Notes under the pieces: generated by a model
What the model saw: only the letters and a program-made list of their open reading frames with translations
Database searches by the model: none
What the model was told of the DNA's origin: nothing
Position numbers and translations under genes: made by a program
Part shown: positions 23,463 to 32,005 of the stretch, piece after piece
Numbering within the stretch: the stretch's first letter is position 1
How the letters are laid out: each line of letters opens with the position of its first letter
Assembly: GCA_035531915.1 (NCBI GenBank)
Contig: DATKRX010000144.1
Location: 1 to 53,107 of the forward strand
Reading direction: 5' to 3'
Length of the DNA stretch: 53,107 nucleotides
Origin: Gaiellaceae bacterium
Lineage (GTDB): Bacteria > Actinomycetota > Thermoleophilia > Gaiellales > Gaiellaceae

Positions 23463-24047
23463 TTACATCAGGAACGGATGCACCGCCGCGGTCGCCTGTG
23501 CGGCCGTGAGCACCTTCGGGAGGTTCGGCGCCACGACGATCGTGTTCGAGCCGATGTTCGTCAGCACGCTCAGGTGGCGAGACTCGCAGGCCCCGATCTC
23601 GGCGGCGACACCCTTGAGCGCGTTGCTCGTGAAGGCGGTGACTGCGCCCATGTAGGCGCCGACGAAAGCGGTCTCGAGCGCCTCGCCGAGCATGCCGATG
23701 CTCTTGCGCGAGGCGAAGGAGCCCTTCGGGTAGGTGAACTTGAGCCCGGCCGGAGTGGCCGACTTGAGCACGCCCTTGAGCGCGTCGTAGTGGGCGACCT
23801 CGTTGCCTTTCGCGCCCGCGAGGTAGGCGAGCTCGTCGCCCTTGAGCTGGTTCGAGGCGATCGCGTGGGTGTAGAAGTCGATCGCGAGCAGCTCGGCGGT
23901 GGCGGCGAGCTTGGCGATGTCAGCGTCGCTCGTGACGGCTCCGAGAGCTGTTCCCTCGGCAACGCCGAGGACGAGGCCGCCTGCGACGAGGGCGAGTCCG
24001 CCCTTGGCGCCACGGGCGAGGAACTGTGCGCGAGTGGTGCCGCTCAT
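23463..24047 (-). CDS. Ferritin-like domain protein, exported
   Basis: SD AAGGAGG (24054-24060) lies 6 nt before ATG 24047. N-terminus is MSGTTRAQFLARGAKGGLALVAGG. The body AELLAIDFYTHAI...EALETAFVGAYMGA...GACESRHLSVL resembles the ferritin-like/rubrerythrin-type helix pattern. The track ORF upstream is an artefact. Confidence 0.7.
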   Translation of the reverse strand: MSGTTRAQFLARGAKGGLALVAGGLVLGVAEGTALGAVTSDADIAKLAATAELLAIDFYTHAIASNQLKGDELAYLAGAKGNEVAHYDALKGVLKSATPAGLKFTYPKGSFASRKSIGMLGEALETAFVGAYMGAVTAFTSNALKGVAAEIGACESRHLSVLTNIGSNTIVVAPNLPKVLTAAQATAAVHPFLM

Positions 24048-24116
24048 GTCAATCCTCCTTGGTCTGGGCCCGCGGTCGGTGCGAGCGTCGAGGCAGATTC
24101 GCCGGCGGGCGTGATC

Positions 24117-24140
24117 CGGTTCGGACCGGCTCGCGAACCG
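24117..24140. promoter_or_regulatory. 7-bp inverted repeat in the ferritin-like / sigK divergent region
   Basis: CGGTTCG (24117-24123) and CGAACCG (24134-24140) with a 10-nt spacer. CCGAAT (24138-24143) overlaps the right arm. Confidence 0.25.
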
Positions 24141-24225
24141 AATGCGCAGCGCAGGCGAATCCACCTGGATGAGTGGCGGCGTGGGCTTGCTAGGGTCACC
24201 GAGGAGCTCCGAGCGGAGCCGATCA

Positions 24226-24822
24226 ATGCCGCGCCGTGACCTGGCCCATCTCTCGGACGAAGCCGTCGTCGCGCTCACCGCGCGCTCGGACGAGGTCGCG
24301 CTCGCCGAGCTGTACGACCGGTTCGGCCGCGCCGCCTTCGGGCTGGCATTCCGCGTGATCCGGGACGAGTCGCTGGCCGAGGACGCGGTGCAGGAGGCGT
24401 TCCTCGCCGTCTGGCGCGGCGCCTCGCGGTTCATTCCCGAACGGGCGAAGGCGAGCACCTGGATCATGACGCTCGTGCACCGCCGCGCCGTCGACCTCGT
24501 CCGCCGCGAGGAGCGCCGCCGCGCCGACCCGCTCCCGGAGACCGAGACCGAGGCGGGCGGCCCCTCGGCCGCCGACAGCGCCTGGCTTCGGCTCGAGCGT
24601 GAGCGCGTCCAGGACGCGCTCAGCAGGCTGCCCGATCAGCAGCGTGAGGCGATCGAGCTCGCCTACTACGGGGGTTTCACCCAGTCGGAGCTCGCCGAGC
24701 GGCTCGGGGAGCCTTTGGGGACGATCAAAAGTCGCATGTTCACGGGTCTCGCACGGCTGCGAGAGCTGCTGGAAACGCCACTCGAGGGAGACGCATGGAC
24801 GTCGAGAAACTCCACGATCTGA
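24226..24822 (+). CDS. sigK: ECF RNA polymerase sigma factor (SigK-like)
   Basis: Region 2 is LYDRFGRAAFGLAFRVIRDESLAEDAVQEAFLAVW. Region 4 is QREAIELAYYGGFTQSELAERLGEPLGTIKSRM. Followed by an RskA-type anti-sigma gene. Confidence 0.85.
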   Translation: MPRRDLAHLSDEAVVALTARSDEVALAELYDRFGRAAFGLAFRVIRDESLAEDAVQEAFLAVWRGASRFIPERAKASTWIMTLVHRRAVDLVRREERRRADPLPETETEAGGPSAADSAWLRLERERVQDALSRLPDQQREAIELAYYGGFTQSELAERLGEPLGTIKSRMFTGLARLRELLETPLEGDAWTSRNSTI

Positions 24823-25454
24823 CGGCTGCCTACGCGCTGGATGCCCTCGACCCGGAGGAGCGTGAGGCCTACGAGGCCCATCTCGCCGAGTGCGAGCGCT
24901 GCCGCGAGGAGGTTGCGGAGTTCTCCTCGGTCGCAGCCTCGCTCGCCCACGCGGTCGAGCCGGCCTCGCCGCCGCCCGCGCTGCGTGAGCGGATCCTGGA
25001 TGCTGCGCGGGCGGAGCGCCCCAACGTCTCTCCCTTGCGTCCGCGCTGGGCCTACCCGGTCGCTGCCTTCGCGGCGGTCGCCGCCTGCGCCGCGATCGGG
25101 CTCGGGATCTGGGGCCTCTCGCTCGATAACCGGCTCGGCAGCTCGAACGCGGCGGCGATTTCGCGCGTCGCGCTGAGCGGCGCCGACAACTCCTTCGTCG
25201 TCTACTCGGGCCAGTCGGCAGGGCTCGTCCTCTCGGATCTGACCGCCCCTCCGGCCGGCAAGACCTACGAGGCATGGGTGATCCAGGGCAAGGTCGCCTC
25301 CCCCGCCGGCCTCTTCCGGGGCGGCTCGGGAACGACGTATCTCCCGCTCGGCCACGAGGTCCCGCGGGGCTCGGTCGTCGCGGTCACCGTCGAGCCCGCA
25401 GGCGGCTCGGCGAAGCCGACGACGAAGCCGTTTCTCGTCTCGATGCCCGTCTGA
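24795..25454 (+). CDS. rskA: Anti-sigma-K factor RskA (zinc-finger N-domain, one TM, extracytoplasmic RskA domain)
   Basis: LTAAYALDALDPEEREAYEAHLAECERCREEV. TM is AYPVAAFAAVAACAAIGLGIWGL. C-terminal GKTYEAWVI...VAVTVEPAGGS. Confidence 0.85.
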   Translation: MDVEKLHDLTAAYALDALDPEEREAYEAHLAECERCREEVAEFSSVAASLAHAVEPASPPPALRERILDAARAERPNVSPLRPRWAYPVAAFAAVAACAAIGLGIWGLSLDNRLGSSNAAAISRVALSGADNSFVVYSGQSAGLVLSDLTAPPAGKTYEAWVIQGKVASPAGLFRGGSGTTYLPLGHEVPRGSVVAVTVEPAGGSAKPTTKPFLVSMPV

Positions 25455-25522
25455 GGCGGCAACTCGAATCGCCACTCGGGCTGCCTGACCTGAGCCAGCC
25501 GGCCGACCGCGTAGGCGCGCGG

Positions 25523-25957
25523 TCATGCGAATGGGTCGCGTGTCTCGATGCTTGTAAATCGGCGATAGTCGCGATCACGTGTCCAGATCGTGCGAACGCC
25601 GTTCTCCACCATCAGGGCGACCAGGTGGGCGTCCGGGACGAGGTTGCCGCGCGCGTCGGATTCGGTAGCGAGGTGACGGTAGGAGAGCCAGAAGCGATCG
25701 TGCTCGCCGGCAGTCTGGACGTGCGGGAGCGCAAGTAGCCGGTCGATGTTGGCGATCGCGGCCGCTGGCGGGAGTGGCTGCTCGAAGATCGCGGAGTGTG
25801 TCGCAATCCGTAGATATGCCATCACCGTCGGCCAGAACAGGTAGAGGAGATCGTCTCCACTTGCGGCGTATTCGAGAAAGGTGCGCGCTCGCGGCTGATG
25901 CGCACTTGTCTCGTCGGAGGCGTAGAGAAGGACGTTTGCGTCGAGGGTGAAGCTCAA
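25523..25957 (-). CDS. vapC: Type II toxin VapC (PIN-domain ribonuclease)
   Basis: TTG 25957 overlaps the antitoxin stop (TTGA). PIN acidic residues occur in LDANVLLYASDE..., ...NLVPDAHLVALM... and ...IWTRDRDYRRF. Confidence 0.8.
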   Translation of the reverse strand: MSFTLDANVLLYASDETSAHQPRARTFLEYAASGDDLLYLFWPTVMAYLRIATHSAIFEQPLPPAAAIANIDRLLALPHVQTAGEHDRFWLSYRHLATESDARGNLVPDAHLVALMVENGVRTIWTRDRDYRRFTSIETRDPFA

Positions 25958-26202
25958 CGGCTCTCGAGCACGCGGTGGACGGCTTCCTTGTCCTCGAGCT
26001 CGATGCGGGCGCCCATTGGGCGTGATGTCCACTCGAGCGTGCTGGACAGCGGTTTGTCGTGCGGGTGCAGGGCGTCTGCCAAGAGCCGCGAGGCGAGCTG
26101 TCCGAGCGTCTTTCCTTCGCGTCGGCTGCGCTCTTTCAGCCTCCGGAGCACCGCCGCGTCGAGATCGAGTGTGGTGCGTGGCATGTGAGTGATGATAGCC
26201 AA
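25954..26202 (-). CDS. vapB: Type II antitoxin (ribbon-helix-helix, VapB-type)
   Basis: MPRTTLDLDAAVLRRLKERSRREGKTLGQLASRLL is a typical RHH N-terminus. The track start is TTG 26202; ATG 26184 (MPRTTLDLD) is more likely. Confidence 0.75.
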   Translation of the reverse strand: MAIITHMPRTTLDLDAAVLRRLKERSRREGKTLGQLASRLLADALHPHDKPLSSTLEWTSRPMGARIELEDKEAVHRVLESR

Positions 26203-26280
26203 CCGTGCATCAGATGCAGCGCGCGGCCCGATGCCGGCCCCGTTGCCGCTCCAAACCGGGGCGTCCGGGGCGCAAGGCGA

Positions 26281-26309
26281 TTCTTAGCTTCCGTTATGGG
26301 CGTTCTTAG
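26281..26309 (+). promoter_or_regulatory. Direct repeat TTCTTAG x2 (22-nt period) in the AT-richer leader of the HtrA gene
   Basis: TTCTTAG at 26281-26287 and 26303-26309, 35-63 nt upstream of ATG 26344. Locally low GC in an otherwise GC-rich window. Confidence 0.3.
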
Positions 26310-26343
26310 TGTTCACAGGGGACTGCCAGGGTAGAACGTCTGC

Positions 26344-27360
26344 ATGACTCGATTCAGGATTTCCATCACGCTGATCGCGGTATGCATTGCCGTGGCGGTC
26401 GGCGCCGGGCTCGCTTCAAGCACCACGACCTCGACGCAGTCCGCCTCATCGCTTTCGGCAGGCATCGCGCTTCAGAACGCGTTCGTCAACGTCTACAAGA
26501 AGGTCTCCCCGTCGGTCGTGCAGATCGAGACGAACCAGGGGCTCGGCTCGGGGATCGTCTTCGACAACAAGGGCGACATCGTCACGAACGATCACGTCGT
26601 CGGCACCGCGAAGACGTTCACCGTCACGACGACGGCCGCCTCGAAGCCGCTCACGGGCAAGCTCGTGGGCACCTTCCAAGAGGACGACCTGGCCGTGATC
26701 AGGGTCGACCCTGCCGGGCTCAAGCCGGCCAGCTTCGCCGATTCCGCGAAGCTCCAGGTGGGCGACATCGCAATGGCGATCGGCAATCCGCTCGGGCTCA
26801 GCTCGAGCTTCACCGAAGGGATCATCAGCGCGCTCAACCGGCAGGAGTCCGAGGGTAACAACGTCGTGCTTGCGAACGCGATCCAGACGAGCGCGGCGAT
26901 CAACCCCGGTAACTCGGGCGGGGCGCTCGTCGACCTCAACGGCCAGGTGGTCGGGATCCCGACGCTCGCCGCGGCCGACCCCCAGCTCGGCGGTGCGGCG
27001 GCTGGTATCGGGTTCGCGATCCCGAGCAACGTCGTCAAGAGCATCGCGGCCCAGCTGGTCGCAAACGGCAAGGTCACGAACTCCGGCCGCGCCTACCTCG
27101 GCGTCAAGATCGCCGACACGGGTCTCGGGAACGGCGTCTACATCACCTCCGTGCTCTCGGGCACGGCGGCGGCCAAGGCCGGGCTGAAGACCGGCGAGCG
27201 CATCACCGCGCTCAACGGCTCCCCGACCCCGGACTCCAACGCGCTCGGGACGGTGCTCGCCGCGCTGAAGCCGGGTCAGACCGTGACGGTGAAGGTCGCG
27301 ACGTCGGCCGGCTCCTCGCACACGGCCAAGCTCACGCTCGACCAGTACCCGGGCGCCTAG
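26344..27360 (+). CDS. Trypsin-like serine protease with C-terminal PDZ domain (HtrA/DegP family)
   Basis: N-terminal TM/signal. Catalytic blocks IVTNDHVV, DLAVIRV and NPGNSGGALVDLNGQVVGI. PDZ-like region YLGVKI...GDRITALNG. Confidence 0.92.
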   Translation: MTRFRISITLIAVCIAVAVGAGLASSTTTSTQSASSLSAGIALQNAFVNVYKKVSPSVVQIETNQGLGSGIVFDNKGDIVTNDHVVGTAKTFTVTTTAASKPLTGKLVGTFQEDDLAVIRVDPAGLKPASFADSAKLQVGDIAMAIGNPLGLSSSFTEGIISALNRQESEGNNVVLANAIQTSAAINPGNSGGALVDLNGQVVGIPTLAAADPQLGGAAAGIGFAIPSNVVKSIAAQLVANGKVTNSGRAYLGVKIADTGLGNGVYITSVLSGTAAAKAGLKTGERITALNGSPTPDSNALGTVLAALKPGQTVTVKVATSAGSSHTAKLTLDQYPGA

Positions 27361-28474
27361 ACGGCACGCGGCGGGAGCGCGAGGCAATGGCCTCGTGCTC
27401 CCCCGCTGCCGCCCGGATCTCGTCGGTGGCACTCACCTGGTCGACCCCGAGCGCCCGCAGCAGGTCGACGGCGATCGAGCGCACCTGCCCGACCAGCACG
27501 TCGATCGCGAAGCCGCGCTCCTCGTTCAGGGCCTCCGAGGCATCCGCGGCCGCGGCGAGGAGGCTCTCCCGGAGCTGCTCGTACTCGCCGCCCCGGTCGA
27601 GCTCGTGCTCGAGGCGGCGGACCACCCGCGCGAGGACGCGGATCGCGTTCGGCAGCCGCGGCGAGATCCTCGGCTCCAGCTCGACCGCCCGGACGGCCGC
27701 GCGCGCGAGGACGCGTGCGTTGCGGACCGCGAGCTCGAGGTGGATCGTCGCCTCCTCGTAGCGGGCGATGTGGCCGCGCTCCCGCCAGTAGCTCGGAGCG
27801 ATCCGGGTCGTCTCCTCGGCCAGGACGAGCGCCTGGCGGAGATGGTCGATAAGGGCGTCTGTCATGCGGGCGTGCTCGAGCGCGCGGCCGCTACCCTCGA
27901 GGCTGCGGGCCTCGAGCGCCGAGGCGACCTCGGCGAGCGCACCGGCAAGCGCGGCGATCACCGGAGCGATCGCGCGGCGGGTGATCGCGGCCGGGTCGTG
28001 CGGCACGAGCGCCAGCACGGCGATCCCGACCACCCCGCCCACGAGCGCGTCCACGAACCGCGTCGGCACGAGACCGCCGCCCGAGCTCCGCACGGTGGCC
28101 ACGAGGACGGCCGACGAAGCGGCCTGCGAGGCGATCAGCGGCCCGCCGCCGAGCAGGATCGCCGCGGTCATCGCCAGCCCCACGACCAGCCCGACCTGCG
28201 CGGCGCCGGTGCCGATCGCGGCGATCAGGAGCTCGCCGACCGCGATTCCGACCGCGACGCCGATCACCATCTCGACCGCCCGGCGTGTCCGGCCGCCGGG
28301 CGAGAGCCCGAGCGCGATCACCGCCGCCACCGGGGCGAAGAAGGCGTTCTTGTGCCCGAGCACGTCGTGGGCGAGCAGCCAGGCGGTGCCTGCGGCGACC
28401 GCCGTCTGCACGAGGGTGATCGCGCCAGCGCGGAGCGCACGGGCCCGAGACCGCAGCCTCGTCTCGATGATCAC
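27332..28474 (-). CDS. FUSC/aromatic-acid-exporter-like membrane protein
   Basis: GTG 28474 (VIIETRLRSRARAL...) lies 7 nt after the upstream stop. N-terminal polytopic half plus a helical cytoplasmic half. The 3' end overlaps the convergent htrA by 29 nt. The track ORF upstream of 28474 is an artefact. Confidence 0.65.
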   Translation of the reverse strand: MIIETRLRSRARALRAGAITLVQTAVAAGTAWLLAHDVLGHKNAFFAPVAAVIALGLSPGGRTRRAVEMVIGVAVGIAVGELLIAAIGTGAAQVGLVVGLAMTAAILLGGGPLIASQAASSAVLVATVRSSGGGLVPTRFVDALVGGVVGIAVLALVPHDPAAITRRAIAPVIAALAGALAEVASALEARSLEGSGRALEHARMTDALIDHLRQALVLAEETTRIAPSYWRERGHIARYEEATIHLELAVRNARVLARAAVRAVELEPRISPRLPNAIRVLARVVRRLEHELDRGGEYEQLRESLLAAAADASEALNEERGFAIDVLVGQVRSIAVDLLRALGVDQVSATDEIRAAAGEHEAIASRSRRVPSRRPGTGRA

Positions 28475-28481
28475 CGCCGAG

Positions 28482-29243
28482 CTAGCTGGGGCCCTGGCCG
28501 GGATCGTCGGCCGAGATCGGGATCGCGGTCTCGGGCCCCAGGCCACGGTAGGCGGAGCGGAAGGCGGCGAACGCCTTCTGGTTGAACGAGCCGCAGATCG
28601 CGATGTGGCCCATGCCGTAGTTGCCGTTGACGTAATAGGCGTCGTTCCCGGTCCTCGTCCACGCGGTGAGGGCGATCTTGTTACCGAGGCCGGCATACGG
28701 GGTTCCGAACACCGCCTGGGGCTGCTGGTTGTAGAAGTCCTGGAGTTTGGTGATCGTCGACTGGGGCACCTTCGGGCCCCACCAGATGATCACGCCCCCA
28801 TGCTCCTCGTTGTGGACAACCTGGCGCGGGTTGACCGCGGTCGTGTAAAAGCCCCAGACAGCCCAGATCGGGTAATGCGCGCCGCCGGAGGGCGGGCTCG
28901 TGCTCCAGAGTCCCTTGGTGGGAGTGGTCAACGTGGGCACGTCGAGGTGGTAGCCGCCCCGCACGCCGGTCTTGTCGTGCTTGGGCGGTTTCGGAGGCAC
29001 GTCGCGGTAGGTGCAGCCCGCCGCGACCATCGCCGGCTTGACGTTGGCGGCCGCGGATCCACCGCCGCCCGAGCCGAGCACAAGCAGGATGATCACCGCG
29101 CCGGCGACGAGGCCGATGCTCGCCGGCCAGACCCAGACGGGAACCTCAGCGAGCGGGTTACCAGCCGGCTTTCTCGTGTCGCGGCGTTGAGGCACCTGCA
29201 CGGTGCGCGGCGGCATCGGCGTCCGTGCCTTCTTCTTCGCCAC
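28482..29243 (-). CDS. DUF3105 domain membrane-anchored protein
   Basis: GTG 29243 gives VAKKKARTP.... TM is VWVWPASIGLVAGAVIILLVL. The DUF3105-like core is SPPSGGAHYP...VVHNEEHGGVIIWWGP. The track start at 29309 is possible. Confidence 0.75.
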   Translation of the reverse strand: MAKKKARTPMPPRTVQVPQRRDTRKPAGNPLAEVPVWVWPASIGLVAGAVIILLVLGSGGGGSAAANVKPAMVAAGCTYRDVPPKPPKHDKTGVRGGYHLDVPTLTTPTKGLWSTSPPSGGAHYPIWAVWGFYTTAVNPRQVVHNEEHGGVIIWWGPKVPQSTITKLQDFYNQQPQAVFGTPYAGLGNKIALTAWTRTGNDAYYVNGNYGMGHIAICGSFNQKAFAAFRSAYRGLGPETAIPISADDPGQGPS

Positions 29244-29443
29244 GCTGACAGCATACGGGGCGAGGGGCCCCACTCCTCCGGTTCCCGAGCTTGGTGGGAA
29301 CCCGGGCACGAGGCGCCCGCCTCGGGAAGCCTCAGCGGCCCCCGGGCGCGCTCGGTTCGTTCGTGCGGTGCTCGATCAGGGACAGAATCCCCTGGGCTTG
29401 TGGATCCCGCCCAGGTGAGGGCAGCAGCTGCCGGGGCGTCGGA

Positions 29444-30106
29444 TCAGGCAACCTGTTCGTCGTACCAGGCGTGCGCGGGCGGGCCGTAGGGTGCGCGGGC
29501 CTCCTCGATCGCTTGCTCGATTCGCGCCGTGAGCGCCTTCGCGGTCGCGACGGTCGGGCGGCCCGCGGCGACCTCGATCGGCTCGGCCGCGAGCAGGCGG
29601 ATCCGCGGCAGCCCGAGCTTGAACTTGGCCGGGCGGAGGGCCCGTTCGCTCCCGACGATGCAGACCGGGACGATCGTCGTACCGCTCGAGAGCGCCAGCC
29701 GCGCAGCGCCTCTAAGCCACGGCCGCTCACGGTAGGGAAGACAGGTGCCTTGCGGGAACATCCCGAGCACCTGCCCTTGCTCGAGCAGCTCGGCGGCGCG
29801 CGCCACCGCGGTACGGTCGCCGATCCCGCGCGTGATCGGGAAGGTGCCGAACCAGCGCATGATCGTTCGCAGCACGGGGTAGTCGAAGAGCTCGGCCTTG
29901 GCCATGTAGCGGATCGGGCGCCGCGTCACGAGGCCGAGGAGCCACGGATCGATCAGCGACTCGTGGTTCGCGACGAGGATCACAGGCCCGGTCGCAGGAA
30001 CCCGTTCGGGGTTGCTCAGCTCGACGCGGTAGAGCCGCGCGAACCAGTGGCGGAAGAACGTCCACTCAAACAGCGTGTAGAGGGGCGGGCGCTTCATCCG
30101 GCGCAA
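29444..30106 (-). CDS. plsC: 1-acyl-sn-glycerol-3-phosphate acyltransferase
   Basis: Acyltransferase HX4D block VILVANHESLIDPW, plus FPITRG and MFPQGT. Confidence 0.85.
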   Translation of the reverse strand: MRRMKRPPLYTLFEWTFFRHWFARLYRVELSNPERVPATGPVILVANHESLIDPWLLGLVTRRPIRYMAKAELFDYPVLRTIMRWFGTFPITRGIGDRTAVARAAELLEQGQVLGMFPQGTCLPYRERPWLRGAARLALSSGTTIVPVCIVGSERALRPAKFKLGLPRIRLLAAEPIEVAAGRPTVATAKALTARIEQAIEEARAPYGPPAHAWYDEQVA

Positions 30107-30413
30107 GGGCGGCAGATCATCCGGAATAGGAGCGGCAGAGGGTCAACGGGAGATCGCGGAGCGAGGCGGGGACGGAACGCAGCCTCGCACTGAGCGAGAA
30201 GAGCTCCAGGTTGCGCTCGGACGGATTTAATCGTAGCCGAGCGGGCGCCCCTGCGTGGTTTGGAGGGTGAAGGCCTCGCGCCGAGGTTCCAGCGGCTCGG
30301 AGCGCCGAGGCCAGCGGCTCGCGCGAGCTCGTCGCGGGCTGGGGCGGCGATTTCGCCACCGCTGATCGCTACCTGGCGACCGCACTCCGCGCAGATGCGA
30401 CTATTGGTTCGGC

Positions 30414-31382
30414 ATGACCGAGATTCCCGCCGCTACCCCCCTGCCGCCGGCTCCCGTTCTCGTCGCCACCGTGCGGCCGCGCACGAGCCTGATCAGCCAG
30501 GTCGTCACCCTGGTCGCGGTCGTCGTCCCGCCGCTCGGGGTGGTCGCCGTGGTCGGCGCTCTCTGGGGCGTCGCCTTCCACCCGGGCGACCTCGCGATCA
30601 TGGGCGGGATGTATGTCGTCTGCGCGTTCGGGATCACGATCGGCTTCCACCGCTACTTCACGCACAAGTCGTTCGAGGCGCGCGCGCCGGTGAAGGCGGT
30701 GCTCGCGATCCTCGGCTGCATGACGATGCAGGGCCCGCTCACCCAGTGGGTGACCGATCACCGCAAGCACCATGCGCTCTCCGACCAGGAGGGCGACCCG
30801 CACTCACCCCATGCGGGCCAGGAGGAGGGGATCGGCGGGATGTTCAAGGGGTTCGTCCACGCCCACGTGGGCTGGATGTTCTCGAACCTCGGGATGGAGC
30901 AGGGCCGCCACTACGGCAAGGACCTCTACGACGACCGGCTGATCAGGACGATCGACCGCCTCTACCTGCTCTGGGTGGTCGCGACACTCGGGATCCCGTT
31001 CGGGATCGGCTACGCGCTCGGGGGGCTCTCCTACGGCGTCGAGGGGCTGCTCTGGGGAGGGCTCGTGCGCATCTTCCTCTACCAGCACGCGACCTTCAGC
31101 GTGAACTCGATCTGCCACATGTTCGGCCGGCGCGACTACGACGTCCGCGACGAGTCGCGCAACAACTGGGTGGTCGCGCTGCTCGTCTTCGGCGAAGGGT
31201 GGCACAACAACCACCACGCCTTCCCGGCCTCGGCGCGCCACGGCCTGCGCCGCTTCCAGATCGACCTCTCGTGGTGGGTGATCCGGGGGCTCGAGAAGCT
31301 CGGCCTCGTCTGGAACGTGCGGCTGCCCTCGCAGGCCCAGCAGCGGCGGCGAAAGCCTCAGTCGGCGAACCTCCCGAGCTGA
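30414..31382 (+). CDS. Membrane acyl-CoA (stearoyl-CoA-type) fatty acid desaturase
   Basis: Three His boxes: HRYFTHKSF, DHRKHHALSD and WHNNHHAFP. Confidence 0.92.
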   Translation: MTEIPAATPLPPAPVLVATVRPRTSLISQVVTLVAVVVPPLGVVAVVGALWGVAFHPGDLAIMGGMYVVCAFGITIGFHRYFTHKSFEARAPVKAVLAILGCMTMQGPLTQWVTDHRKHHALSDQEGDPHSPHAGQEEGIGGMFKGFVHAHVGWMFSNLGMEQGRHYGKDLYDDRLIRTIDRLYLLWVVATLGIPFGIGYALGGLSYGVEGLLWGGLVRIFLYQHATFSVNSICHMFGRRDYDVRDESRNNWVVALLVFGEGWHNNHHAFPASARHGLRRFQIDLSWWVIRGLEKLGLVWNVRLPSQAQQRRRKPQSANLPS

Positions 31383-32005
31383 GCCTCGATCAGGCGCGCC
31401 CAGGTGGCGGCGCGCGGCAGCGGTACGAGCAGGCCCCCGGGGCCGCGCAGCGCGAGCCCGTGCAGCCCTCCACGGATCAAGGTGTAGCTCCCCGGCACAC
31501 CGCGTGCCTGCGCCCGCTCGAAGCCGCGCCGTGAGAGCGACGCTCTCACGCCGGGGACCGCCGGCAGCCACCGGTCGAGCGATCCGTGGAGGACGTCGAG
31601 CCGCCTCCCCGCGAGCGGAGCGAGGTCGAGACGGTCGAAGATCCACGGCGCGAGCCCGAGCACGCCGCTGACCCCGGGCTCGCCGGCCGCGGAGATCGCG
31701 ACCGCGCCGCCCATCGAGAACCCGACGAGGAGCGTCCGCTCGCCGCCGGCCTCGTGGATCGCCGCGCGCGCGTCCTCGACGCAGAGTCCGAGCTGCCGCC
31801 AGGACTTGACCCGGTAGCGCAGCTCGCCGAAGCCGAGCCCCGGGAATCTCGGCGCCAGCCGCTCGACGAGCCACTCGAGCGTCGGGCTCCACGTGCCCGG
31901 CACTTCGCTCGCCTGGCCGCCGTTCACGCACAGCACCAGCTTCTGAGCGGGTGCGTTCGTGAGCCGGAGCGCCGCGCCGGTCGCGAGTCGGCGCTCCTCA
32001 GCCAC
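31358..32005 (-). CDS. Alpha/beta hydrolase
   Basis: Nucleophile elbow LLVGFSMGGAVAI and a later DVLHGSLDRW / GGLHG. The start overlaps the upstream stop by 8 nt. Confidence 0.75.
   Translation of the reverse strand: MAEERRLATGAALRLTNAPAQKLVLCVNGGQASEVPGTWSPTLEWLVERLAPRFPGLGFGELRYRVKSWRQLGLCVEDARAAIHEAGGERTLLVGFSMGGAVAISAAGEPGVSGVLGLAPWIFDRLDLAPLAGRRLDVLHGSLDRWLPAVPGVRASLSRRGFERAQARGVPGSYTLIRGGLHGLALRGPGGLLVPLPRAATWARLIEAQLGRFAD

Noticed and set aside
24113-24143. SigK-type promoter (CCATCC-N16-CCGAAT) upstream of sigK.
   Set aside because: CCGAAT is present, but the nearest -35-like GATCC is 20 nt away and does not match. The consensus is also quoted from memory. It is reported only as a low-confidence motif inside the inverted-repeat finding.
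30107-30413. 307-nt plsC/desaturase divergent region, including the 80-aa ORF 30117-30359(-) and the near-palindrome GGCGATTTCGCC (about 30346-30357).
   Set aside because: The ORF has no GC3 bias or recognisable features. The palindrome is short (5 bp arms) and GC-rich, so it is expected by chance. I could not recognise any riboswitch-like conserved core.
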